Of a DNA stretch of 64,000 nucleotides, positions 21,045-40,284 are shown piece after piece (the first letter of the stretch is position 1; every line of letters starts with the position of its first letter). This DNA comes from Dictyostelium discoideum. Taxonomy: Eukaryota. Made by a program: the position numbers and the translations under genes. The stretch covers positions 5,408,001 through 5,472,000 of the forward strand of contig CM000152.2 in NCBI GenBank assembly GCA_000004695.1, in the 5' to 3' direction. The notes under the pieces were generated by a model, which made no database searches, was not told the origin of the DNA, and was given only the letters and a program-made list of their open reading frames with translations.

Positions 21045-22156
21045 ATGAAAAATGATTTATCAATTCCATATGAAAAAGGATACCATATTGTTGGTATAAA
21101 TCGTGGTAAACCTGCAAAATTATATTATGAAATTTATGGTAAAAAAAATTCAAAAAATAAAGTTGTATTAGTAATGGGATTTATGCAACCTGGATCAGCT
21201 TGGAAATTTCAATTAGATTATTTATTAAAACAAACAGATTATGAAGTTTGTATATATGATAATAGAGGAATTGGTAATTCAAATTCATTATCATTTTCAA
21301 TTAAAACTCTTGCTCATGATTCAATTGATTTAGTAGTAAGTAATAATAAATAAATAAATTAATTAATTTAATTTTTTTACATATTTACTAATAATAATAA
21401 TTTTATTAGAAATGTTTAAAATGGAAGAATGTAAATTTTGTTGGTACATCATTAGGTGGTTCAGTTTGTATATTTATTTCAAGTTTTATTGAAAAGGAAT
21501 TAATAAATTCTATGACTATATCAGCACCATGGTTAGGTTTATTTGCACCTAAAATTCCAATAGGATGTTACCTCTATGTTAAATCAGTACTTGAAAAAAA
21601 TGAAAGGAAAAAGTTTGAAATATCATTTAAAACTTTATTTTCCCAAAATTATTTAAATTCTCAATCACTTTCAAATCCACTAAAAACTAAAAATGAATCA
21701 ATGATTGATAGAGCAATTGAACAGCAACAACAACGACAACAACAAAATTCATCAAAGACACTTTTTAGTAGTTTATTAATAGTATTATTTTTAAAAATTT
21801 CACCATTTATTTTAAGTGATATAAAAAATAAACAATATTTAAATGTTTGTGTTATTAGTGGAAAACAAGATATTTTAGTGGATTTACAATCAATTAAAAA
21901 GAGACTAGTGAATAATATTAAGCCAATGAATTTTAAAATCTTGGATTCTGGTCATTGTGTAAATATTGAAACCGTTGCTCAATATAATAAAATAATAGTT
22001 GACCATATTGATGAAAGTAATAAATTAAATATTCTTAAAAGAAATAATAATAATTGTTCAAATACTTATAATATAAAATCAAACTATCTTTGTAATAATA
22101 ATAATAATATTACCAATTACTTTTTTAAGAATATTTTAAAATTTTTTAAAAAATAA
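21045..22156 (+). CDS. Alpha/beta-hydrolase fold protein, 2 exons join(21045..21335,21410..22156).
   Basis: GTAAGT donor at 21336 and acceptor AG at 21408-21409, both phase 0. Exon 2 encodes the nucleophile elbow 'VGTSLGG' (GxSxG), then later 'SGHCVNIE' (catalytic His). Exon 1 has the typical 'VVLVMGFMQPGSAW' start. Confidence 0.65.
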
Positions 22157-22642
22157 AAAAAAATAAAAATAAAAATAAAAATAAAAAAATATAAAAACTT
22201 TTTTTTTTTTTATCCAAACAAAATCTGATCAAAAAAAAATAAAAAAAAAAAAAATAAAAAAAAAATATTAAATTGTTTTTTTACAAATTTATGCGGTTAA
22301 GTTCATTGTTTTTACGTAAAAATAAAATAAAAATAATAATAATAAAAAAAAAAAAAAATAAACGTTAAATTTATATTAAAAAAAAAAACAATTAATACGT
22401 TTAAATAAATTTTTTTGTTTTTATTTAATCTATTATTTTTTATTTTTTATTTATAATTGTTTTTTTTTATTTTTTTTTTTATTTTTATTTTTTTTTTATT
22501 CACTTTTCTAATTTTAAAACCAATCAAACTGATCTCGAAAATATCTTGAAAACAATTTTTTTTTTTTTTTTATTTTTATTTTTTTATTTTTATTTTTTAA
22601 TTTTTTATTTTTTAAATTTAAATTATTTTTTATTTTTTATTT

Positions 22643-22673
<31 letters not shown>

Positions 22674-22863
22674 ATTTTTTTTTTTTTTTTATTTTTTTAT
22701 TTTTTTTTCCAAAACACAATAATAAAAATATATTATGTATTTGTAATTTATAATATTATTTTATCTCTCTTTTTTTCAAGAATTATAAAAAAAAAAAAAA
22801 TAAAATAAAATAATATTTTTTTTTATTTTTTTATTTTTATTTTTTATTTTTATTTTTTGGAAA

Positions 22864-25164
<2,301 letters not shown>

Positions 25165-25240
25165 TTTTAATATTTTTTATTTATTTAATTTTTTTTATTT
25201 ATTTATTTATTTTTTTAAATTAATTAATTAAATGAATAGG

Positions 25241-25282
<42 letters not shown>

Positions 25283-25498
25283 AAAATGTTATCAACAGTA
25301 ATAAAATAAAAAAAAAAAAAAAAAAGTTATAAATATTATTACTATAAATAGAAGGAATGTACAATTAATTTAATTATTTAAAAACAAAAACTTTAAAATT
25401 GAAAAAAAAAATTCCAATTTAATATGGTACACACATACAGAAGCAGTGTTAATATTATAACTATATATTATCACTTATTTTTTAACGCATTTTTTTTT

Positions 25499-25552
25499 TT
25501 CTCATGTGTGTTGTGTGTGTGTGTATCTGTGTGTGTGTGTGTATAACTCAAA
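25499..25552. repeat. (TG/CA)n dinucleotide microsatellite, interrupted.
   Basis: 'ctcatgtgtgttgtgtgtgtgtgtatctgtgtgtgtgtgtgtataac'. It is the only GT-rich stretch in an A/T desert. Confidence 0.6.
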
Positions 25553-25920
25553 AACAATTGTTTTTGTGTGGGTAAGAGAATTAAACTTATCCAATTTATT
25601 TGAGTGGGCTATATACGTGCAAATAATATGAGGAAAAAAAAAAAAAAAAAAAATATAAATAAATATAAATAAAATTAAAAATAAATAATCAAATTTCATT
25701 TTTTTCTATTTTTTTATTTATTTTTATTTTTAAATTTTTTTTTTTTTTTTTTTTTTAATGTTATTATTATATATCCATACATATATATTTATTATATTCA
25801 TTTATTATAATAATAAAAGTATTAAATTAATTTTTTTTAAAAAAAAAATTTAAAAAATTTAGGTCGATATTATTAAAAATATTATTGATCTAATAATAAT
25901 TATTTTTTTTTTTATTTGCC

Positions 25921-25957
<37 letters not shown>

Positions 25958-26051
25958 TTAATTTATAAAAATAGAAAATAAAAATAGAAAAAAAAAAAAA
26001 ATTATTATTAAGGAAAATAATATTAGCATATGGTTAATTATTAAATTTTAA

Positions 26052-26090
<39 letters not shown>

Positions 26091-26146
26091 TGGAAATATT
26101 TTTTTTTATTAAGGAAGGATCAGGTTCGAGTAGTGATATTATTTAA

Positions 26147-27246
26147 ACAAATAATAAACCAAAAAAAAATCATATAAAAATTGATTTTAAAAATGATGAA
26201 TTAATTGGACATAGTAGTAAATATATAAATTCAATCGATGAAAAAGGTGAAGATAATAATTATGAATTAGTATCAAATTTTTTCAATTCATTTGAACCAG
26301 ATGAAAATAGTATAATTAATATTATAAATGGCGATGGTGATGATGATAATTCAAATAAAAATGAAAAATCTAATAATCAACATAATGATGAAAATGAAGA
26401 AGAAAATGATGATTTTGAAATTTATGATAAAGATGAAATCATTTATAGTAATAAAATTAAAGGAATAAAAAATAAAAAAATTATTTCAAACTATAAATGG
26501 TGGAAAAATAAATTTAAAATAAAAAACAAGAATGAACAATTTAAAAAGTCAAATAAAATTATTGAAATTAATAAAATTGGAAATTTTAACATTTTAAGAA
26601 ATAAATTAATATTATTACCCAAATGAATTAATAATATTAATAATTTCTTATTTAGAACCAGAATCATTTGGAAAATTATCTATGGTATCAAAAAGATTTT
26701 ATTCAGTAAGTTTTAATAATTATAATAAAAAAAAAAATTAAAAAAATAAATAAAAAAATTAAAATATTTTTTTTTTTTTTTTTTTTTTTTCTATTTTATT
26801 TTTTTATTTATTTATTTATTTATCACAGATATCAAATGATCCAAGTGTTTGGAAATATGTAATTAGAAAATGGCAAAATAAAACAATATCAAAATTAAAG
26901 AAAAAAATATATTCAAAAAAGCCTTCATTACTAGTTAATAGAATATTGGTACCTCCAATTGTTTTAGATGAACAAGGTGACGTAGTTACAGGACCATTGC
27001 CAGCATATGATGCTTCAATAGCGCATGCACTTACTCATTTGAATGCTACCACTGAAACCGCATCAACAATAAATGAATTTATTGCTCTACAATTAAATAA
27101 TGCTGAAGATAGTGATTTTGAAGATGGTGATAATAGTAATATAAAACTAAGAAATTTTAAAAATAATCAATTAAAACAAAAACAAATCAATAATAATAAT
27201 AATAATAATAATGATAATAAAAATAATAGTAATAGGGGCTGTGGAA

Positions 27247-27283
<37 letters not shown>

Positions 27284-29017
27284 TAAAAATAATTCAAGTA
27301 ATAGTACAAATAATGGTTGTAGTAGCAGTAATAATGGAAATAAAGTTGAATGTGATGGATGTGATCCTGATAATATTAAAACACTAAAAAGTAAAGATTA
27401 TTATATAAAATCATATATAAAAATAAAAGACGAACTTTCAAATAGAATGACAATAGTAAAAGTTCAAGAACAACATCAAAAGAAAATTAAAAATATTTCA
27501 ATCTCATCAAAACTAATGTTTTATACATTATTTTCAAGACCAAGTGAATGGTTTTCAGTATTATTTTTAATATTATTCACTTTATTAATTGGATTAAAAT
27601 TGGATAATTACTTGAATTGGAGTTGGCCAATAGTTTTCCTTCCATTAATGCTATTAACGTTTCAATTTTTTGTAACTCCTTTAATATTTGTTATTTTTAA
27701 AGTAATGGTAAATATTATAATTTTTATAAATTATTAAAATTAATAATTAAGTAATATTAATATAATATATTTTTTTTAAAAGTTTAATCATTCATATGAA
27801 GAAGAATTAGCACCAGATTCATTTATAAAACCATTATTTTTTTCATTATTTTTTATATTACCATTACAACCAAATGAAACCATATCAAAAGTATTATTAT
27901 TTACTCCAATTTTATGTATGATTTCATTTGTGGTATTATTAGTTTCAAAATTAATGATGGAATATATTTCATGGGTTTATGTGTTTATTCCCATTTTTAT
28001 GTTTTGTATTTACTTTATGATTCTTACTGTTGGATTTCCAGAAAGAATTGATTCAGAATTAGAATTTCTCGATCAAGGTACATTAATTTTTAGCTCAATG
28101 TTTTTTAGTTTTTTTATTTTACTATTATTTTTAAAGGTATGTAAACAAATAACCAAAAAAACAAACAAACAAACAAATAACAAATTTGTAGTTTTTGGAT
28201 TTTTTCAATAATTTTGAAATTATTCATTTCACTTTTCCCTAATTGTAATAATTATTTTTAATTTTTTTTTTTTTTTTTTATTTTTTTTAAAATAAAATTA
28301 AAAAAATTAACAAATAATGTAAAGACGAAATAATTGTAATCAAAATATTTATCAATAATTAAAATATAAAATATTAATTTTAATTTTTTATTTAAAAATG
28401 TTGACAACAACAAAAATCACGTGATCCACCAAAAAAAAATAAAAAAAATATAAAAAAAAAAAAAAGGTTGGAGAGGCAGTTAATTACGATTGGTATTTAA
28501 TATTTTCACCAATGTTTTTAATTAAACTTATGGCATTGATATATCCAATTATTATTAGAATCACTAGTGTTTCAAAATATTCAGACTGGTTAGAAGGAAA
28601 ATCCAAATGGTTCAGAGAATCTGGCTCTTTGTCGTTGGTTATTTCTTTCTTTTTTTTAGTATCATGCCCATTCTTTGTTTTTGAAATAATGTTAATTCAG
28701 AATTTAAATTTTCCAAATGATGCCTATAAATATTCAATTATGTAAGTATTTTAAAAAAAAAAAAAAAAAAAACACTGTTTAGTTTGAAAAAAAAAAAATA
28801 TCTTATTTTTTTTATTTTTTGTTTGTTTTTTTTTTTATTTGAAAAAAAAAAAAAATATCTTTATTTGAAAATTTTTGTGGTTGTGCAACTGTTTTTTCTA
28901 ATTTTTTATTTCATTTAATATCATAATAATAGTTTAATACCAATTTATTTTGTCCAATTCCTTACAATTTGTTCTTGCTTTTTTATTAATATTGCATTTG
29001 GGCATAGGGATCAATAA
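26147..29017 (+). CDS. F-box protein fused to a C-terminal multi-TM region. The exon model is tentative: ...26610..26705 (F-box), 26829..27701, 27783..28136, 28467..28741, 28933..29017. An upstream 160-codon open frame 26147..26626 has no ATG.
   Basis: The F-box consensus 'YPNELIILIISYLEPESFGKLSMVSKRFYS' ends exactly at a GTAAGT donor (26706). The acceptor at 26827-26828 continues 'ISNDPSVWKYVIRKWQNK...' into track ORF 26946..27737. Further phase-0 splices are GTAATG at 27702 to AG at 27781-27782, AAG|GTATGT at 28137 to AG at 28465-28466, and GTAAGT at 28742 to AG at 28931-28932. Downstream exons encode several TM helices. The 5' end is unresolved (see findings). Confidence 0.4.
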
Positions 29018-29911
29018 TTGGGATTGGAATTTTAATCATAGGGTTATTTACAACTGTTGTTCTTCTGCCATAATTTCAAAATTATTTTGGGAAGCTCATC
29101 CTCAAACTGTGGAAAAACTAATAATAAAATAAAAAAAAATAATAAAAAAAAAAAGAAAAAGATTTTTTAATAATTAAAATAATAAAAAAAAAAAATAATA
29201 ATAAAATAATTTCTTTTCTACTTTGAATCCATTTTAGTTTATTTAATTTATTATATTTAATTTTATTTTATTTTATTTTATTGTTTTTTTTAATGTAATT
29301 TTGGGTAATATTTTTTTTTTTAAAAAATTTTATAAAAAGTGTGTTAGAATTTTTTTTCCTGGTGCACGTGATCTTTAAAAGAAAGTTAATTATAATAATT
29401 TATTATATAATATTAAAATAAAAATAAAAAAATAATAAAAAATAATAAAAAAATAGAGTTGTATTACTTTTTTTTTTTTTTTTTTTTCTTTTTCTTTTTT
29501 TTATAAATATATATATTCCATACACATAAAAAAAAAAAAATAATAATAATAATAATAATAATTTTTTAAAAAAAAAAAATCTCAGTTATAATAAAATTTT
29601 ATTATAATCTTTTTAAAGGTAAGTCTTACTTTTTAAATACAACGAAGAAAAAAAAGAAAAAATAACAATAAAATTAAACACAAAAAAAAAAAAAAAAAAA
29701 AGTTATTTTAAATTTGGTGTGGATGGTCAGAAAAAAAAAAAAAAAAAAAACCAAACCAAGTTAATATTTTTTTGACAATCTGAATTTGAAAAAACTTGTT
29801 TATAAAAAAAAAAAAAAAAAAAAAATAAAAAAAAAAAAAATAAAAAAAAAAAATTCGTTGATCAATTTCAATAATTTTGATCAAAAAATTTTAATTTATT
29901 TTATTTTTTTT

Positions 29912-29954
<43 letters not shown>

Positions 29955-30291
29955 CCATTTTATTTTTTTTTTTTTTTTTTTTTTTTTATTTTTTTTATTT
30001 TTTTTTTTATTTTTTTTTTTTAATTTGGGATCAATGAAATCATTATTACACAATTTCTAAAAAATTAGAGAAAAGATTTAAAAAAAGGGTAAAAAATTAT
30101 TAATAATTTTCAAAAAAAAAAAAAATAAAAAAAAAAAAATAAAAAAAAAAAAAATAAAAAAACTTCGATTAGTTACATGTACACCCCACAACTCACAAAA
30201 ATATTCACACCATTATTATAATCTTGTTTGAAAATATTAATAATTGTGTGGTTGGATAACTTATTTTTATTTTATTTTAATTTTCAATTTT

Positions 30292-30329
<38 letters not shown>

Positions 30330-30774
30330 TATTATTATTATTATTTTTTTTTTTTTACCATTTTTATTTTTTAATTTATTTTATTTGGATTTTATTTTAT
30401 TTCATATTTTATTCTAAAAATTCTTTGTTTGTATTTTCATGTGTTATAGTAGTTTTAACAGTAATTTAATTAAAATTTAAAAAAGGTAATAAAAAACATT
30501 AATCTATGTCATTAAGAAACAAATCTTTTTTTTTTTTTTATTTAAATTTTTTTATTTTAATATTTTGTGGGGTGGGGGATTTTATAATTAATAAAAAAAA
30601 ATTAAAAAATAAAAAATAAAAATAATTAAAAATTAATAAAAGAGCAGATTCATAAATTTTTTGATCTATCAACAAAAATTATATAATTGTCTCTATTTTT
30701 CTTTTAATTATTTTTTTAATAAAATTGTTTTTGTGTTTATGTGTGTATGCGTGCATTTATGTCTGTTTGTATAA

Positions 30775-30817
<43 letters not shown>

Positions 30818-30971
30818 AACTCAATAATTATTTATAAACAATAACCCTCACCACTTGTTTAATATTTTTTTTTTTTTTTTTTTTTTTTTAAATTCTTTTT
30901 TTTTTTTTTATAATAAAAGTACATTTTTTTTTATTTATTTTTTTTTTTTTTAATACATATATTTTTTTTAT

Positions 30972-31011
<40 letters not shown>

Positions 31012-31231
31012 CTTTTCATTATTTTATTTTTATTTTTATTTTTTTTTTTTTAAAAAAAAAAAATTCTTGCTTAAAAGTGTACAAAAACAAAAAAGAAATA
31101 AAAAAAAGAGATATATTTTTTTTTTTATTTTTTTTATTTTTTTTTTTTCTAAATAAACCAAAAATAAAAAAAAAAAAAATAAAAAAAATAAAATAAAATA
31201 TTTTTTTAAATTTTCAAATAAAAGTCACAAT

Positions 31232-31268
<37 letters not shown>

Positions 31269-31471
31269 CGTATCCTTTATTATTCAATTAATTTAAACAA
31301 GTCGCTGGTACAACGTCTTTTCTTTTTTTTTTTTTTTTAATATTTTTTTTTTATTTAATTAATCTTTTTTTTTTTTTGTTTTTTTTTTTTTTGTTTTTTT
31401 TTTTTAAAATAATTGTGGTTATAATTATATAATATATAAAATAGTAATAATAGTAATAATAGTAATAATAA

Positions 31472-31576
<105 letters not shown>

Positions 31577-31945
31577 AATAAAAATATTTTGATAAAAATA
31601 AAATTTTAATTCAATTCAATTTAATTATAATAATAATAATTTTAATTATAATAATAAATAACATTAATAAAATATCCGTTTTTTTTTTTTTTTTTTTTTT
31701 TTTTTCTCTTTTCTTTTTTAAAAATTATATAATTAATTTTTTTTTTATTTTTAATTTTGTTTGTTTATTTATTTTTTATTTTTTTTTTTAATAGTACCAA
31801 AAATATTTATATAATTTTTTATAATTTTTCAATAATTTTTTTTTTTTTTTTTGGGGGTTTATATATACATTGAAAAAATAATATATTAATATTTTTTCAA
31901 CAACCAAAAACAATCAAATAATTTAATATTAAATTATTACAATAA

Positions 31946-35028
<3,083 letters not shown>

Positions 35029-35127
35029 AATTTCATTCTAAAAAACACAAAACAAAAACGATTAATAAAATTTGTAAATACTTTAATAAAATAACATGTT
35101 TTTTTTTTTTTTTTTTTTTGTGAATAT

Positions 35128-36214
35128 TTAATTTATTATCATATTATTATTATTATTGGTTATTGGGATATTATTTGTTATTGGAATATTATTTGAATTA
35201 TTTGGTTTTTTATCTCTAGATTTATTAATGTCATTATTTAATTTATCATACATTAATTCATCTTTTCTGGAAACGGAAGGTTTAATTTTAGAGAGAGCGA
35301 AAATGAAATCTTCCATTGTTACAGTATCTGGTTCAGTAGAGTTATTATCGAAACCACGACTAATAGCATGATTTGCTGCTTCTTTAACTAATAATGAAAG
35401 ATCAGCACCAGAGAATGAATGACAACGAAGATCGGTACCAACTTTAATTAGATCAACATCTTGGTGAATTGGAATCTTATGAGTGAGAGTTTTAAGGATT
35501 TCACATCTTTCCTCTGGTGATGGTAATGGAACATAAACCATTTTATCAAGACGACCTGGTCTACACATTGCAGCATCGATAATATCAGGTCTATTGGTTG
35601 CAGCAATTATGAATACTTCGGAACGTTTCTCTAAACCATCCATTTCTGTGAGTAATTGATTTACAACTCTTTCAGTAGCTTGGTTACCTCCACCATCACC
35701 ACCACCTCTTTTTGGGGCCAATGCGTCAAATTCATCGAAAAAGATAACACATGGTGATGATGCTGCTGCCCTTTGGAATACTTGACGTACGGCACGTTCA
35801 GATTCACCAACGTATTTATTCAAAAGTTCAGGTCCTTTAACTGATATGAAATTAGCTTGACATTCTGATGCGATTGCTTTAGCTAATAGGGTTTTACCAC
35901 AACCTGGTGGACCATACATTAAAACACCGGCAGGCGAATCAATACCCATATTTTTATATTTCTTTGGATATCTAATTGGTCTAAGAATTGAATTGGTTAA
36001 CTCCTCCCTTACACCACTTAATGCACCAACATCATCCCATGTAACATTTGGAATAGTTGCAAAACCTTCTCTTTTTGCTGCTGGTACAACTTTTTTCAAT
36101 GCTTTTTTAAAATCAATCATTTCAATATATAAACTATTCAATTTCTCTGGTTCTAATGGTTCTTTTGAAATTAATAATTCTGTTGATAAACCAATATTGT
36201 TTATATTAGTAGTA

Positions 36215-36245
<31 letters not shown>

Positions 36246-37264
36246 CACCATTTAAATTACTTGTAAATATTCTATTTACTGAATTGGTTGCTGCTTCTTT
36301 AACTAATAAATTAATATCTGCACCAACATAACCTGGTGTTAATGTTGCAATCTCTTCATAATCGAAATTATTCTCCAATCTCATCTTTGATGTAATAACC
36401 TTTAATATTTTACATCTTGCTGTTTGATCTGGTATACCTAAACAAATTTCCTTATCAAATCTACCACCAATTCTTAATGCTGTATCTAATGATTCTGGTC
36501 TATTTGTTGCACCAATTACAATTACATGTCCTTTTTTAAAATCATTTTTTTGTTGTTTATTATTATTATTTGATGCTGTAGTTGTTGTAGTTGCTTGTGA
36601 ATCAACTTCAATTATATCTTGTTGTTGTTGTTGTTGTTGCTCAGTTTGTTCATTTGGTTCATTTGTTGAATTGTTAGATGATAAATAATTTAAACTATCC
36701 ATACAAGTTAATAATTGTGATACAATTCTTCTTTCCATATCCTTTGAAGCAGATTCTCTTTTTGGAGCGATTGCATCAATTTCATCGATAAAAATGATAC
36801 ATGGTGCTTGTGCAATTGCATTGCTAAACAATGTTCTAACTCTAGCTTCAGATTCACCACTAACACCACTTGTAATTTCAGTTGCAGATATTGCAAACAA
36901 AGGTACTTTTAATTCACCTGCAATTGCTTTTGCTAATAAGGTTTTACCACATCCAGATGGACCATGTAATAAAATACCTCTTGGTGGTTCAACACCTAAA
37001 TGTGAGTAAATCTCTGGATGACAAATTGGATATTCAATATGTTCTCTAATATCTCTTAAACATGATTCAACACCACCAAGATTTGAAAAATTAATTGTTG
37101 GTATTAATCCATTACTTAAATTATTATCTTTATTATTACCATTATTATTATTATTATTTGAAAATTGGAATACATTATTACCATTTGAACTATTCTTTAA
37201 TTTCTTTTTTGGTTTTGAGTTTGGTGTATTTACATTATTTGTTGTGGTATTACTATTAATTGCA

Positions 37265-37295
<31 letters not shown>

Positions 37296-37837
37296 TTACA
37301 TTTGATGGTATATTTTCATCTCTATTTCTTTTTGCTGGTGTTGTAGTTGTTGTTGTTGGTGGTGTATTTTTAATATTTTGTTTGTATTGTGATGTTAATT
37401 GTTCATTTAAAATATTTGATGATGGTGGTGGTAGTGGTGGTGAAATTATCTCTACATCATCTCCATCTGATTCTTCCATTTTATTATCACCATCTTCGTT
37501 CTCTGATGATTCACAAGACGAAAGGTTTTTAATAATCTGGTTCATTGCTAAAAAAAAAATAAAAAAAAAACCAAAAAAAAAAAAAAATATTAATATTAAT
37601 AAACTATATAGTTTTAATAGTATATTTTGTTTTATTTTTTATTAATTATTTACCTTTTTCAACCAATTGTTTAAATCCTTTTAATGGTTTTCTGTTATAT
37701 TCCGGATAGACTTTTCTTAATTCATTTGTAATAAAATCATTGTTTAAAATATTTGACTCACTTAAATCTAATTTTTCAATTCTATCCATTAACTTTTCAT
37801 TTTCATTTTGACCAGAAGTATATTTTTTATTTACCAT
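35128..37837 (-). CDS. NVL/Rix7-type nuclear AAA-ATPase (two AAA domains), complement(join(35128..37547,37654..37837)), ~867 aa.
   Basis: Two Walker A motifs, 'GPSGCGKT' and 'GPPGCGKT', each with a Walker B 'DEID'/'DEFD' and a second-region-of-homology block. The 63-aa track ORF 37646..37837(-) ends at a GTAAAT donor (phase 1). The acceptor ttttAG lies 2 nt upstream of the NVL ATG. The join g+ca is in frame. The small exon encodes '...ITNELRKVYPEYNRKPLKGFKQLVEK', which resembles the human NVL2 N-terminal '...[28 protein letters not shown]' nucleolar-targeting domain. Confidence 0.8.
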
Positions 37838-38517
37838 TTTTTTATTTTTTTTATTTCTGTTGTATATTAAAAAAAAAAAATTAAAAATAAAAAACGATTA
37901 AAAAATTGCTCGTTTTTTGGATGAAAATTTATTTTATTTTTTTTTTTTTTTTTTTTTTTATTTTTTTTTTTTTTTTTATTTATTTTTTTTTTTTGATGGG
38001 AAGACTTCTAAATTATAAATAGCCATAAGAATTTTCTTTCTTTTTTTGGAATCGCAGTTGGGTTTTATTCACCTAAAAAATTATAATTTTTATAATTCAT
38101 CACCAAGAATGTTGTAATTATTATTTTTTTTATTATTTTTTTTTATTTTTTATTTTTATTTTTATTTTTATTTTTATTTTTATTTTTTTTTTGTGTTTGG
38201 TGGGTGTTGGTGTGCTGATTGGAAAAAAATTTTTAACTCATCTCATTTTGAAGATATGTTATTTTTAATTTTGGAGGGGTCAGTTAAAAAATATTTTCAT
38301 ACAATATGTTATGTTTTGTTAATTTGTAGCTGTGTGAGTGTGGCCTACAAAATAAAAAAAAAAAAATGTTTTTTTCCTATTAATTATTTTTTTCTTTTTT
38401 TTTTTTTTTTTTATCCAACATCAAAAAAAAAAAAAAAACAAATTAAAAGAACCCCTTATTGTATATCTATTTATACCATTAACGTACATAATAATTTTTA
38501 TCTTTAAAAATTTAATT

Positions 38518-38518
<1 letters not shown>

Positions 38519-38586
<68 letters not shown>
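38519..38586. repeat. (TTTA)17 tetranucleotide microsatellite about 100 bp upstream of the large ROCO-like gene.
   Basis: Direct reading. Confidence 0.85.
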
Positions 38587-38589
<3 letters not shown>

Positions 38590-38609
38590 TTAATTATTTT
38601 TTTTTTTTG

Positions 38610-38649
<40 letters not shown>

Positions 38650-38690
38650 AATAATATTAATAATAATATTAATAATTAATATTAAAAATA

Positions 38691-40196
38691 ATGGATTGTG
38701 ATGAAATTAATTTTAAAAATGAAAATAAAAATTTAGAATTTTTATTAAATAAATATATAAATGAAATTTCAGAGCCAGCAAATTATCAACAAATTAAAAT
38801 GAGTATTTATAAATATTATGAACAAAATCATAAATCAAATTTAACTCATCAACAAAGTGAAGCGTTAAAACAAATAATCAGTGAAACTGGACCATCTGAA
38901 AGTATTTTATCAACATGTATGGATTTTAGAGTTAATTTCATAAATCAACCAAGTGAATCATGTGAAATATTTGATCCACTGAAAAAAAGAATTGCTAAAT
39001 TTCAACAATTAATAAAGGATAGCCTACAACAAACTCCAATCGAACCATTACTAAATGAATTAATTAATGGTTACAATTTATTCATTAGTCAATTGGTTGA
39101 AAGAGTAATTTATAAAGAAACTGATGGTAGTAGAAAATCATTAAGAATATTAGAATGTAATCCATTGATATTGGGTGAAGATTTAATTTATCGTGAAATT
39201 TCATTGGATAAAGCCTATGAAATTGCATCCTATAATCCAAAAGAGTATGAATATCAAAAAAAGAATGAAAATGGTACTAGTTGTGGAGGAGTTGTAAACT
39301 CTGTCTACTATAAAGTTGATAATGGTTCTCATTTACTTAGACCAGCAAAAGAGAATGCAGTTTTCCAATTTTATAAAACACTTTTCGAAACTGATAAATA
39401 TATTGTACCAACTCAACTATTGGTTATTAATCAGCTACCAATTCTTCCACCAGATATTAATGACTCTGAAGAAAGAAGAGAATTAATTAAATTAAAAGCA
39501 AGACACTGTTTAACGAATGCTCGTGATGTTTTTAATATTGATCCTCAATTAGAAAGAAGGATAGAAAATGCACTCCAACATCAAAGACCACTTTTCATTC
39601 AAGGTTCATTATTTATGGAGGGAAAAAGTTTATTTGATTTTCTATCAAATGGCTGTGGTGGTTGTAGTGGTTGTTGTGGTGATAGTGATAGTGGTAGTGG
39701 TAGTGGTTGTTGTGATAATAAAAAAAATTCAAGTCAAGTTGTAGTAGATGGTGCTTCCGATGATAGATTAGGTGGTTGTTCTAAAAAACCTATTGATTAT
39801 AGTGTTTTAGATAGAGAAAGTTTTAGTTCACACATTTTAGCAAGTTTATTATTAATGCCAACAGATTATAAAGCAGATAACTTAATTATTTCAAAGGATT
39901 CAAATATGATAGTTGGTATTGATAATGATGAATCGATGGAATGTGACGAAGTGAAAAAAGTTATCAGTAGTATTTCAAATCACGAAAGATATGATATCTG
40001 TTTAAAGAATATTTTATTTAGTTTACCATTAATGAATGAATATATTAATGAAAATATAATATCAAAATTTATGAAACATCATCCAAATATCTTTTTATTA
40101 GAATGGTTAATTAAACAATGTGAAAAAGAAATTATATATAATCAATTTATTAAAGCATCATTACCAATTAAAATTAATGATAACTCAACGACCACC

Positions 40197-40284
<88 letters not shown>

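Noticed and set aside
26121-26140. 'ggatcaggttcgagtag' resembling a tRNA T-arm (GGTTCGA).
   Set aside because: There is no acceptor stem, D-arm or anticodon-arm complement in the flanks, which are AT-rich. I found no tRNA genes in the window.
28192-28240. Alternative acceptor 'caaatttgtAG' at 28190-28191 creating an exon 'FLDFFNNFEIIHFTFP*'.
   Set aside because: It runs into a stop with no downstream GT donor. The 330-bp intron to the acceptor at 28465-28466 keeps phase 0 and continues into a TM-rich exon.
28950-29132. Track ORF 28950..29132 as an independent small gene.
   Set aside because: It starts at TTG directly after an in-frame TAA. The splice phase from the upstream GTAAGT donor (28742) puts the terminal exon 28933..29017 in a different frame, so I treat the region as the 3' exon of the F-box/TM gene. 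Confidence is low.
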